Virus record (IMG/VR): IMGVR_UViG_3300042289_000986
Location: 1 to 64,000 of that record
Length of the DNA stretch: 64,000 nt
Direction: 5' to 3' (one strand)
Shown: one piece after another, positions 9,025-19,400 of the stretch
How positions within the stretch are numbered: the stretch's first letter is position 1
How the letters are laid out: every line of letters begins with the position of its first letter
Translations under genes and position numbers: made by a program
The notes under the pieces: generated by a model
Told to the model about the DNA's origin: nothing
Seen by the model: the letters and a program-made list of their open reading frames with translations, nothing else
Databases searched by the model: none

Positions 9025-12000
9025 ATGTCAAATTCTATCAATTTTTATAATGTTCCTCAGATGCATTGGTATCCTGTTGAGCTTAATTTATTAAGCCAAG
9101 AATATAACATCAAGACATATCCATTGATATTTAATAATGGTATAAAATTTCAACTTCAAGAGTGTTTAAATGATTGCAAAGACGTTTCTTTAAACAAAAA
9201 AACAGGTTTATTCTTAACCGATTTAACTAAAATAAATAATTTTTTAGATGACAATGTTGATTTTGCAGAAAAAGAACCATTAAAAACAATCTTAACACCT
9301 TTAGCAAATTTTGATTCAAAAATATTAATTAATACAACTTTATCAAGTTCAACTTTTGGTGTTGAACCTTGGAATAGATTATGTGTTTCCGAAAAAATTA
9401 ATTTTACCGTTGAAGATAATTTTATTTTAAATTTTTACAATGATGGTGGAGATGGATATGTAACAATACAATCTACAACAGATGATAAATACCTTACATG
9501 GCTTGGTGGTAGCGGTCAAGGAAACATTATAATTTATCCCAAAATTTTCCCATCAATTTCTAATCAAAAATTTCGTTATTTGCTTGGAAAAGATAATATC
9601 ATACTCTTTCAATATAAAGAAGAGTTTTCAGAAATTGTTTTGAATGATTCTTTAATTTTGGTGAATCAAGTTTTGAATTCTACTGCTTTTGGTTTAAGTT
9701 CATTACCAGCATTTTTTCAATCAAACATTCCACCTTCGGCAATAATTAAATTAATTTCTTATAAAAAATTAGAACCCAATAAAAAACATCTTAAGAATAG
9801 TTTTCTTGCAAAATATAAAATAGATCCTCTTACTAAAAAAAATCAATTGGACATAGACCCTGAATATGCGAACATGCCATATAGTCAAAATTATTTGGGA
9901 ATTTTTCCTTATGAATATCCGTTAATATCTAATGATAAAGCATTATATCCGTTACATATACATGGACTAAAAAACTATCAAACGCCTGAGTATAACTATG
10001 CATTTTATGCCAAAAATTCAGAAATATTAGAAAATGAGTTGGGAGTAAGAAGAGACTACCATAAAATATTTTCAGGCACAAATCAAACAAACGGATTACC
10101 TCAAATATATTTAGGATATCATTCTGATACCTCTAAAATTGAATTTGAATCAGATAAAGATGTTCCATTTTATTTTGCCCCAACATCAGTTAGAAAAAAA
10201 ATACAAGAATCAAGTTTAATTGAAGATGGTGCTTTGGCGGGTGAAATACCTTTTGTTTCCGATAGAATATTTTTCAAACTAGATGACTATTCACAAACAA
10301 ACGTTGGTCAACCACAGCCACCATCTATAAAAAATATTAATAAAGATATAACCAATGGAACATGGTTGTGTTCTTGGCTTCATTTAAGTTCTAATGGTGA
10401 ATATGTTTGGTTAGATCGTTTTTATAATACTGCATATTATACAGTAAACGAAGCCTTAACATCTAAGGTTTATTCATATAACGAAAAAATAGATCCAACT
10501 GCTCCTTTTGTTATTGATGTTCCTTCAACAATGTATCTAGAACCCGCTGGTTTGTATCGATACTTTCATGTTGGAAAAGAAACCAGAAAATCTTACCTAG
10601 AATATGTTGATGAAATCAACAATGATCCACATTTACCATTAGGTTCCAAATTTTTACACGTAGAAAAATGGAATTCAGATCCATTAACAGATGAATCAAA
10701 ATATAAAAACAATGGTATTTTATATTATAATAAACCAGAAAATTTAAAAAAAGATTATATTCAACTTGACGGAACAAACCATGCCGTATTTCCAGCAAAA
10801 AGTATTTTATTGGAACAAACAAAATTAACAGCATCTTTGTGGATAAATGTTGAAGATTGGAATGCTGTTGAAGGTAATCAAATATTTGGAAATTATTATG
10901 ACAGTGGTTTTGGTTTATTAAACGATTCTTCTTTAACAACTCCAATTATTACTTTAGTAAATGGTAACAACAACAAATATTACAATATAAATTATAGATT
11001 TGGTAAAATTAATGAAGTGGCAATTACTAGACCGGAAATTTTACAAAACGTAGATCCCACAATTTATGTACCCCCAACCAAAGGAAACAACCAAAATCGT
11101 TTTATTTTGAGATTACCAGATTATAGTTTTTGGGTTGTTGATGTGATAAACTATACGGCTACCAAATTTAGTATAGATGACCAAAAATTAGCTGAAATAT
11201 TTTATGGAAATTATATTAATAATGTTTCTCAAATAGAGATTGATAGTCAAGAAAATATATATTTGTTTGATAATATATTAAAAAGATATGTCAAATACAA
11301 CACTTATGGTGTTTATGTTAATGATGTAGAAGTTGAACCAAACATCAACAGAATTGAAATTGATTTAAATGACAACGTTATTCCAATTTATGGAACATTT
11401 TCAATAATAGATAATAAAAATACGGTTTGGCAAATTTTAGGAGGAAATCTTTATAAAGGAACAAACCCACAAGATCTTTCAACAAGTCAAATTTTTGCAA
11501 ACATTGGAAATGTACAATCTTTAACATGTGATGCGGATGGCTATCTTTGGATAGCGCACGAACAAGATACAATAACAAAAATTAATACTAACGAAGAAAA
11601 AATAGAGTTTTCTATTAGAATAGGAAAATACTCATCAACACCAGTTGACCCATGTTTACGAGCAAATGGAATTGTGCGTCATATTCATTTTATAAGAGTT
11701 CCTACTGATGCAAATACAAATATTTGTTATAAAAATAAAAATATAGAAGATAGATTGGTTTTGGTGGATACCTTTGAAAGAACGTTGTATCAATTGGATA
11801 CAAATGGTAATTTGTTAACAAAACTAGATATTACTGCATTGTTTGAAAAAAATGATCCGATAATATATTGTGAAGGAGACATTACGGGATATCAAAACAT
11901 TCGCAAGTTTAAAACAATCAATAAAAAGTTTGCATGGAAAATTAAAATTGCTGATATTAATAGGTATGAGCCACAACTATATAGTTTAGATTATGAACTA

Positions 12001-12546
12001 AGTGGATTAAACGAAGGATGGCATCATTTTGTTTTAACATTTGATGGCACAGAAGGTTATATTAAAACTTATTTAGATTCAAATTTGATAAAAGAAGTTT
12101 ATTTTGAGCCTAAAAAATATCAAATAAGTTATGATTTTAGAACTTCTTTATTATTGGGAATTCAAACTATAAAAAATACTAATTTAAACGATATAATTCA
12201 GATTAATGACGGTTATAAATTCAGAGGACAGATTGCAGATTTAAGACTTTATGGTAAGTCTTTAACAAATGGAATTATTGAACAAATTTATTATTCTTCT
12301 CAATATGGATCGAATGATAAAACTATGATTTGGAATATGTTAATAGGAAAAAGATCTTATGTCGAAGATGTTAAAAATTGGTTTAAAATGCAAATGCCAG
12401 GTAGCAAAAGTAAATACTACAACATCAATATACATAATTTAAACGTTTCAAATGAAGTAAAAACAATAATAGAAGAAGCTATTAAAACTAACTTATCAAA
12501 AATTGCCCCCGCAAATGCTTCACTATATAAGATAAATTGGACATAA
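9025..12546 (+). CDS. Large virion protein with LamG/ConA-like domain and beta-propeller insert
   Basis: LTASLWIN ... GWHHFVLTFDG ... FRGQIADLRLY LamG motifs. Confidence 0.7.
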   Translation: MSNSINFYNVPQMHWYPVELNLLSQEYNIKTYPLIFNNGIKFQLQECLNDCKDVSLNKKTGLFLTDLTKINNFLDDNVDFAEKEPLKTILTPLANFDSKILINTTLSSSTFGVEPWNRLCVSEKINFTVEDNFILNFYNDGGDGYVTIQSTTDDKYLTWLGGSGQGNIIIYPKIFPSISNQKFRYLLGKDNIILFQYKEEFSEIVLNDSLILVNQVLNSTAFGLSSLPAFFQSNIPPSAIIKLISYKKLEPNKKHLKNSFLAKYKIDPLTKKNQLDIDPEYANMPYSQNYLGIFPYEYPLISNDKALYPLHIHGLKNYQTPEYNYAFYAKNSEILENELGVRRDYHKIFSGTNQTNGLPQIYLGYHSDTSKIEFESDKDVPFYFAPTSVRKKIQESSLIEDGALAGEIPFVSDRIFFKLDDYSQTNVGQPQPPSIKNINKDITNGTWLCSWLHLSSNGEYVWLDRFYNTAYYTVNEALTSKVYSYNEKIDPTAPFVIDVPSTMYLEPAGLYRYFHVGKETRKSYLEYVDEINNDPHLPLGSKFLHVEKWNSDPLTDESKYKNNGILYYNKPENLKKDYIQLDGTNHAVFPAKSILLEQTKLTASLWINVEDWNAVEGNQIFGNYYDSGFGLLNDSSLTTPIITLVNGNNNKYYNINYRFGKINEVAITRPEILQNVDPTIYVPPTKGNNQNRFILRLPDYSFWVVDVINYTATKFSIDDQKLAEIFYGNYINNVSQIEIDSQENIYLFDNILKRYVKYNTYGVYVNDVEVEPNINRIEIDLNDNVIPIYGTFSIIDNKNTVWQILGGNLYKGTNPQDLSTSQIFANIGNVQSLTCDADGYLWIAHEQDTITKINTNEEKIEFSIRIGKYSSTPVDPCLRANGIVRHIHFIRVPTDANTNICYKNKNIEDRLVLVDTFERTLYQLDTNGNLLTKLDITALFEKNDPIIYCEGDITGYQNIRKFKTINKKFAWKIKIADINRYEPQLYSLDYELSGLNEGWHHFVLTFDGTEGYIKTYLDSNLIKEVYFEPKKYQISYDFRTSLLLGIQTIKNTNLNDIIQINDGYKFRGQIADLRLYGKSLTNGIIEQIYYSSQYGSNDKTMIWNMLIGKRSYVEDVKNWFKMQMPGSKSKYYNINIHNLNVSNEVKTIIEEAIKTNLSKIAPANASLYKINWT

Positions 12547-12547
12547 T

Positions 12548-13420
12548 ATGGATAATACTTTTGAAAAAACAGACCAAGGCTGCAACAACATCTTTTTAAT
12601 TGATGAAAGACTTTGTTTGTCAGATTCTATTGGTTTGATTAACAGTAATTTTTTAAAATTATCCGCAGCAGCCAACCAACTCATTCCTTATGCAAATCAA
12701 TTTAATACACTTTATACAAACTTTGCTGCAAATAGTGCCAATTGGAATTTAGGTGCAAGCAACACAGCTAAAGGAAAAAACAAATATAATTCATATTATT
12801 CAACAATTAATAGTTTAAGTGCATCTTGGAATAAACCATTTTCAGTAATCTATCCATATATTCATTCATTAAATGATTGGAACTCAAATACAAATCAGTA
12901 CCAAAATATTGTTAAAAATTGGTTAACATTAAATCATAGACCTTTAGAATTTGTTAATGATCAAATGGTTTATGTAAACGTTAATTTATACAAAATTGAT
13001 ACGTTTAATTATTCTTTTTCAAACAGCTTTTACGAATCTTGCCAAGTTCAAGCACCATCCTCAAGAGTGTGTTGTTCTGGCGCAGGAGGACAAATAGCTG
13101 GTGGAAATGCGGGGTGGCTTAGTAGGTTAATAAGAATAGTTGCAGGAACTACTAACAATTCATGTTCTTTAGTAATACCACATGCGGGTTGTAACATAAA
13201 TTTTAATTGGAAGGGCAGAGGAAAAAGGTGCGTGAATCCTTGGGCAGAATGTGAAAGAAGAATCGTGAATAATTGTGCCACTGGAAACTGTACAAGTTAT
13301 AACAAAAAAACATTATCAGTTTCTGGAACTACTCCAAATTATACTGATAGATATACTGCTAAATGTATTTTGTTAAAATTTAAAAAATTAAACAATAATG
13401 AATGGAGTCTAATACCATGA
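12548..13420 (+). CDS. Cys-rich putative tail protein (paralog 1)
   Basis: CLSDSIGLINSNF N-terminus and SASWNKPFSVIYP; Cys-rich C-terminus. Confidence 0.6.
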   Translation: MDNTFEKTDQGCNNIFLIDERLCLSDSIGLINSNFLKLSAAANQLIPYANQFNTLYTNFAANSANWNLGASNTAKGKNKYNSYYSTINSLSASWNKPFSVIYPYIHSLNDWNSNTNQYQNIVKNWLTLNHRPLEFVNDQMVYVNVNLYKIDTFNYSFSNSFYESCQVQAPSSRVCCSGAGGQIAGGNAGWLSRLIRIVAGTTNNSCSLVIPHAGCNINFNWKGRGKRCVNPWAECERRIVNNCATGNCTSYNKKTLSVSGTTPNYTDRYTAKCILLKFKKLNNNEWSLIP

Positions 13421-14196
13421 ACAGTCTTTATATGTTAACAACATCAAGTTCGATAGGAAACACTCTATCTGCTTTAAATCAAAATTCTTATGAATTAGAC
13501 AAATTAGTATCATCAATTCAATTAAGCGCACAAAAATTTTGGATACCGATGGCTCAATATTATGAGGAGAGAAAAACTTTCTTAAAAGAAGCAACAAAAG
13601 AAACTGCTTTAAATTTTCCAAGATGGGAAACTGCATCATCAACATTTGAAGCAAACAGTGCTAAATGGATAAAACCAATAACAGTTTTTTATCCATATAC
13701 TGAGGGAGAAAATATTGCTTTATATCAACCAAATGTTATTCAAACTAGATTTAAAAATTGGTTGGATGTGTATTATCCAATTTTTAGAAAATCATCACCA
13801 TTACCACATTACGTCGAAGGTCAAAGAATTATTGTGTATAGTTTTAATTTAGAAAAAAGTCAAGCAATTAACTCCACATTCACTTTAAACGATTCTACCA
13901 CATGTACTTCAGCAGCAGTTAACGTGTGTGCTTATTGTTCCCAATGTTTTACAAGCTACGTGCCTTGTCAACAAGGAACTTTCTGGTGTGATGGAAGAGG
14001 GTGTTCCTATTGTCATAGGTGCGGTTCGCTAAGTTGTAATTTTTCAAAAACAAACACAACAAGTAAAACATCATATGTAAGAGCAAATATGGTTGTAAGA
14101 TTAGCAAATTCTCACGAAAAATCAGAAATGAATGCATTTGTTTTTATAGTCAGAGATTGTCAATGGGTTTTTGAAAAAACATTAACACGATCATAA
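13402..14196 (+). CDS. Cys-rich putative tail protein (paralog 2)
   Basis: SIGNTLSALNQN and SAKWIKPITVFYP, similar to the upstream gene; start may be 13417. Confidence 0.6.
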   Translation: MESNTMNSLYMLTTSSSIGNTLSALNQNSYELDKLVSSIQLSAQKFWIPMAQYYEERKTFLKEATKETALNFPRWETASSTFEANSAKWIKPITVFYPYTEGENIALYQPNVIQTRFKNWLDVYYPIFRKSSPLPHYVEGQRIIVYSFNLEKSQAINSTFTLNDSTTCTSAAVNVCAYCSQCFTSYVPCQQGTFWCDGRGCSYCHRCGSLSCNFSKTNTTSKTSYVRANMVVRLANSHEKSEMNAFVFIVRDCQWVFEKTLTRS

Positions 14197-14197
14197 T

Positions 14198-15430
14198 ATG
14201 AATGAAAGAAATATAACATTTAACATAGAACCTCATGAATGTGTTGGAGACTCATTGGGAAAACACAATTTTAATTTTCTTGCATTAGATAGTTTAGTCT
14301 GTAACCTTTCTTCTTTGTTTTTTTCAACAAGCAGAGGAAACACTCCTCTTTTGTTAACATTAAGAGATTTATCTGCAAATCAAAAATCATTTAATGATAA
14401 TTTGAATCAAATGACAAACACATTTCGTTTTGACCGAGCATACACAGGATTAAATTTATTGAGTTCTTATTGGGAAAGAAACGAGACAACAATTTCATAT
14501 CCAAATGATAGAACGGCAGGAAACTATTTTGTTTATAATACTAACGAAACTTTTATGCCATATATGACTGCAACTTGTTTGCGTCACATAAATTTAAATT
14601 ATCCTGCCTCTTCATATAAATTAAACGATTTTTTTAATGTTGTTGTTCCAGTTTATAGTAACTTAGGTAGCGATATAATATCCTACATATATACCGATTT
14701 AAATGGAAGCTCTGTAAGTACACCATCAATGCCTACCTTTTCTTTAGTAAAAGACGTTGGGGTTGGTTATGATTATCGACAAATTGATGCTTATTATTCG
14801 AAAGAAGATAATAATTTTTGGACTAATGTAATAGTTACATTTCAAAATAAAAATCGAAGAGAATGGTCATATTTTGGATTTAATAATGAGGTTGTAAAAA
14901 ATACTTTAAAAGTTAATGGATCAATAGTTCCACCTATTTCTGGAGTTGATCTTAATCCATCAGGAGCAGCAACAATCGAAGTGCCTTATTATAATCCAGA
15001 AACTGGAATAGCTACTAACCTAAAGTTTGTGGAACCAAACCCACCAATAGGACAAAGAACAACCTTAACAAAAGGAGATGCAAGAAGTATAGTGTTTAAT
15101 CAATATTATAACAGAGATTTATATTTTAGTACAGAAGCCATTAGTCAGGGTGGTTCTTTAACATTAACTTTCTTATCACAAGATGGAAAACTTTTCACTT
15201 ACGAATATACAGAAAAAAATAGCGGTATGGCTAGAGGTACTTATCAATCAAAACAAATAGTTCTTGGTTGGAATTTAAATCAAGTTTATGCGAAAGAAGA
15301 TGGTGTAACAGTAAAAACTTGGGTAATGCCAATACCTAAACATGTGGCTGTTAACTTTATCTACAGAGAATATAGAGGAATTGGACCAAAAATCGATGCA
15401 TTTTTGAGAAAAACTGTTCCTATAAAATAA
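14198..15430 (+). CDS. Putative tail protein (paralog 3)
   Basis: CVGDSLGKHNFNF and SSYWERNETTISYP. Confidence 0.6.
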   Translation: MNERNITFNIEPHECVGDSLGKHNFNFLALDSLVCNLSSLFFSTSRGNTPLLLTLRDLSANQKSFNDNLNQMTNTFRFDRAYTGLNLLSSYWERNETTISYPNDRTAGNYFVYNTNETFMPYMTATCLRHINLNYPASSYKLNDFFNVVVPVYSNLGSDIISYIYTDLNGSSVSTPSMPTFSLVKDVGVGYDYRQIDAYYSKEDNNFWTNVIVTFQNKNRREWSYFGFNNEVVKNTLKVNGSIVPPISGVDLNPSGAATIEVPYYNPETGIATNLKFVEPNPPIGQRTTLTKGDARSIVFNQYYNRDLYFSTEAISQGGSLTLTFLSQDGKLFTYEYTEKNSGMARGTYQSKQIVLGWNLNQVYAKEDGVTVKTWVMPIPKHVAVNFIYREYRGIGPKIDAFLRKTVPIK

Positions 15431-15465
15431 GTTGATTATATAAAATTCAAAAATAAATAGAGAAA

Positions 15466-15945
15466 ATGAAAAATCCTTTTTTAAAATGTAGATATGCTCG
15501 CGGTCTAGGAGATATAATAGGGTGTACACTACACAGTAAGTTTTTAAGTTGGTTGCCTTTATTATTAACAGGACAAAAAGAACAGTGTCAAGCTTGTTCA
15601 CAAAGATCACAAGCACTAAATGTTCTTTTCCCTATTCCAATTTGGCGTTTATTTTTTAAAAACCAAAAAGAATTAAATTTATCTTTAAAAAAAGATTTTG
15701 AAGATTTGGGATATGAAGTGACATATAATCCTGAAAACAATGCTTTATCAGCAAATATTCAAAAGGAAAATAGAATAGAAAATAATCAGTATTTAAATCA
15801 TAATGAAGTTCCAGATGAACATAAAAAAGTTGATTTTTCAAAAACTATAAAAAATAACAATGGACAAGAATATAAATTAGTAAATTCAAATAATACAGAA
15901 TTTGAAAATTATTTTATAAAAACAGAAATATATAAATTATCATGA
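15466..15945 (+). CDS. Conserved phage protein (GLGD / CxxC..R...LN motif)
   Basis: RGLGDII...CQACSQRSQALN; TAAATA upstream. Confidence 0.55.
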   Translation: MKNPFLKCRYARGLGDIIGCTLHSKFLSWLPLLLTGQKEQCQACSQRSQALNVLFPIPIWRLFFKNQKELNLSLKKDFEDLGYEVTYNPENNALSANIQKENRIENNQYLNHNEVPDEHKKVDFSKTIKNNNGQEYKLVNSNNTEFENYFIKTEIYKLS

Positions 15946-16415
15946 ACATTACCATCGATACCAACCAATCAACACAAATTCAAATTGTTAATAGTTTAGA
16001 TACTACTAGAGAATTTGGATTATTTTTAAATAAAATTGTAAGCAGCATAAAGATGGCACATTGGTATACTCAAGATTATAATATTCATAAAATTTTAGGA
16101 AATTTATATGATAATTTAAATAATCTTTTTGACAAAATGCAAGAAGAAATTATTGGAACTTCAAAAACTTCGAATGTTTTTTTTCCTAAATTAAATTTAA
16201 TTGTTGATAACATTGAAAGTTTGGAAAATTATCAAGATGATCAAAAAATTATAAACGTGTTCGATCAAACAAAAACTGTTTTAAAAAATTTGTTATGCTC
16301 TTTAGAATTTATACAGTATGTTGATACTGTTCAGTCAGGTATAAATAACACAAAAGAAGAAATTATTTCAGAGCTTAATAAGACTGAATATCTTTTATCT
16401 ATGATAAAATTATAA
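15942..16415 (+). CDS. Ferritin/Dps-like four-helix protein
   Basis: HWYTQDYNIHKILGNLYD...DKMQE motif. Confidence 0.7.
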   Translation: MNITIDTNQSTQIQIVNSLDTTREFGLFLNKIVSSIKMAHWYTQDYNIHKILGNLYDNLNNLFDKMQEEIIGTSKTSNVFFPKLNLIVDNIESLENYQDDQKIINVFDQTKTVLKNLLCSLEFIQYVDTVQSGINNTKEEIISELNKTEYLLSMIKL

Positions 16416-19400
16416 ATTATATTCTTTAAAAATATAATTTCTCATATCAATTTTTTCTTTGTTAGTTAAAAATCTTTTAAAGATAAAGATTTCCATGATT
16501 GCACATTCTGTTGGATATTGACCTCCACCATAAGAACCTATCCACAAACCACCACTATTATTAATACCAACCGAAGAATAAAGAGGAAGGTTTAAACTTT
16601 TTCCATAATCGGTAGTATTCAAATAATATTGTTTATTTATAAATGTTTCAGAGAAACCATTTCTAAATGAAAATTCAAACAAATTAACTTTATTATTGGT
16701 AAATTGTAATTCAGCAATACCATCCTTACTGTAATTTAATTTAATCGGGGTTCCGCTTATTGTTGGAGAAACAGAATCTAAATAAGAATTACCATAACCA
16801 AAAGCATTATTTCCGTATTCTGAGTACAATGAGAAGGTTTCGTTATCAAAATATTGAGCTTGATAATTCAAACCAGAAGATAAAGAAATAGATACCATTG
16901 GCTGATAGTTTTGTTGGGCAAATGTGGTACCAACATTTAAAAATTGACCTACAACGAATATAGTTAATTCGTTTTGATTTGTTAAAAGATACGGAAATAA
17001 CATACTAGCATTCCCATTAAAATATAAAGCAGGTTTTCCGTTTATATAATTTGATGTCAAAATAGGTGCTTCTGTGCTAAACAGACTTTTATAAGATTCA
17101 AAGTGAGAGATTCCACCTTTTTTGTTTAACCATCTTGTAATCGGTTCTCCATTAACTGCATTAATATTTGGATTAACATTGTTTAATGTTCCAAAATCTG
17201 ATTTAAACCATATATCTAAATTTGGAAGAGAACTTGGGATAGTTTGTTTATATAGACCATAATCATATCCAAACAAATCTGTTCTCCATTCTACTAATTC
17301 ACCCTCGTTTACTAATAATCTTTCTTTTCTTTTCTCGTAGTTTTCTGGTGTCAATTCTTTTCTAAATGTTAATGGATATAAATCTGGTTGATTCCATGTT
17401 GGGGGTATTGGCGGCGTCCAAAATTGAAATAAATCGGTAGTTCTACTAACTCCAAACTTATGCTCTTTTTCAATTTCATATGTCGTTTGATAAGGTGTAA
17501 ATTTTTGATTCTCTACTGTTTCATCTATTATACCAGATCTTTTACCTCTACCGTAAGGCTCGTACATCCATCTACTATCAATGCTTGATATTTTAGTTGG
17601 TGTTATTTGATCTTTTTTAGTTAAACCTCTGTTTCTTGGACCATATTTTCCTAAATCTAAAAACAATCTCTCTGACTTTTCATCAATCATAGAAAGATTA
17701 TCATTATCAATAGTTATTGTATAACCCTTTCCTCTATAAGTACTTACACCTAATTTGTCTGGTAATAAATATTCACCAACTTGTTTTTTACTAACTGCAT
17801 TTATGGGAATTGGTACTGTGGCTACCGTTGGGAAGTGGACGTTTGATAAGTTTGCATAAGGCTCATCAGGAACAATTGTAGCTGCGGTGTTATATACAAC
17901 AAAAGTTTCTTCACAACGTTTATTTAAAAATAAATCTTGATTATACGTAAAAGATTTTCTTGCATAGTAATTGTAATAAGAAGGATTAAAAGAAGAATAA
18001 CTTTCTAAAATAATATCACTTGGTTCCTCTGTTATTTCTGCAACGTATTCATAAGGATTATTTTTTATTAAATCTTTTAAACTTGAAAGTTCTTTTGTAA
18101 ATTTAATTTTTTTCCAAGTTAAAGGAGATAACGTAACATTAAAAGTAAATGGTTGATTCCATGTTAAATTTTGATTTAAATATCTTTTGTATACAAGTTC
18201 ATCACCATTTTTTAACAACATTGTTGATATTTCTGGCTGAGTAACACGAACATAATCTTTTATATAACGTGGATTTCCAGAAAATTTGTAAGTTTCTTTA
18301 TTAAAATTATTTTTAGTATCTATATTAGTATAAACTTTTGCCCAAAACGGTTTTCCACCATAAAAAGGACCAACTGCCGATAAGGTAAAATAATTGTTTA
18401 CATAATCCCAACCGTCCAATTTCATGTTAATTGTAAAATCTAATGCTGGTGTGGTAAAATCTTTTCCAACACCAGTACTTCGATATATAACATTACCTTG
18501 GTGTACATAGATTAGATAGTCACCAGGATTTAAAAACATATCCGATGCATCGTTAATTCCAACCCAACCGCCTTCTACGCTTCTAATTGCTTTATTCCAA
18601 GATGGTGCTAATGGAACCTGATTGTTTAATCTATATGCCACATATTCTACAAAATCTTCTGGTTTACCATCACCAGAAACCAAATATCTTTTGAGATTAA
18701 AATACAAACTTCTTCTTGATGCAAGTTTAATGCTAAATTCCTGAGATTGTGTATTATATTCACCAATGTCTGAAACATATATATCAACATTTTGTTTTTT
18801 AATTGTATCTGCTAAATCTAAAGTTCTTTTTTCCGCTTCAAATTTATCAGATTCAGATTCAAACATTTCATCAGTCGTTCCTTGTAAAATGTTTATATCA
18901 CCATTTGTCAAAATTAAAATTTTCTTTTGCGCTCTGGGATTTGGAATATTAAATGCCTGTGGCTGTAATATTGGGTTAGCAATAGTGTAATTTAATTTTG
19001 AACAAAGGTTTCTAATATTTAAAAACTCTGTTTCTGTTGATGGATAATTTAAAATAAATTGAGCTAATTGTAAAGCATCGTAAACGTTTGTAAATTGTTC
19101 TTGCGGATCTTCTGGTACATTAATAGATGTTAAATAAAGATCCATCATTGCTTGATCTTTTGAAAGATATGTTAAAACCGAAGCAGTTGTTCCAAAAGTT
19201 ATGAAAGATATTTGTATGTCTAATTTATTTTTTCCTAAAAAGTTTTGAATTAGTCCAACTAATATTTCTTTTACTGTTGGTAAGTCCAATAATTGTGATT
19301 TACTTTGATCTACGAGAACTACTAAATCTATCGGTTGATCGGAATATATGTATCCTAAAACTTTTTTATATGGATATTTTACAATCAAATAAGGAGATTG

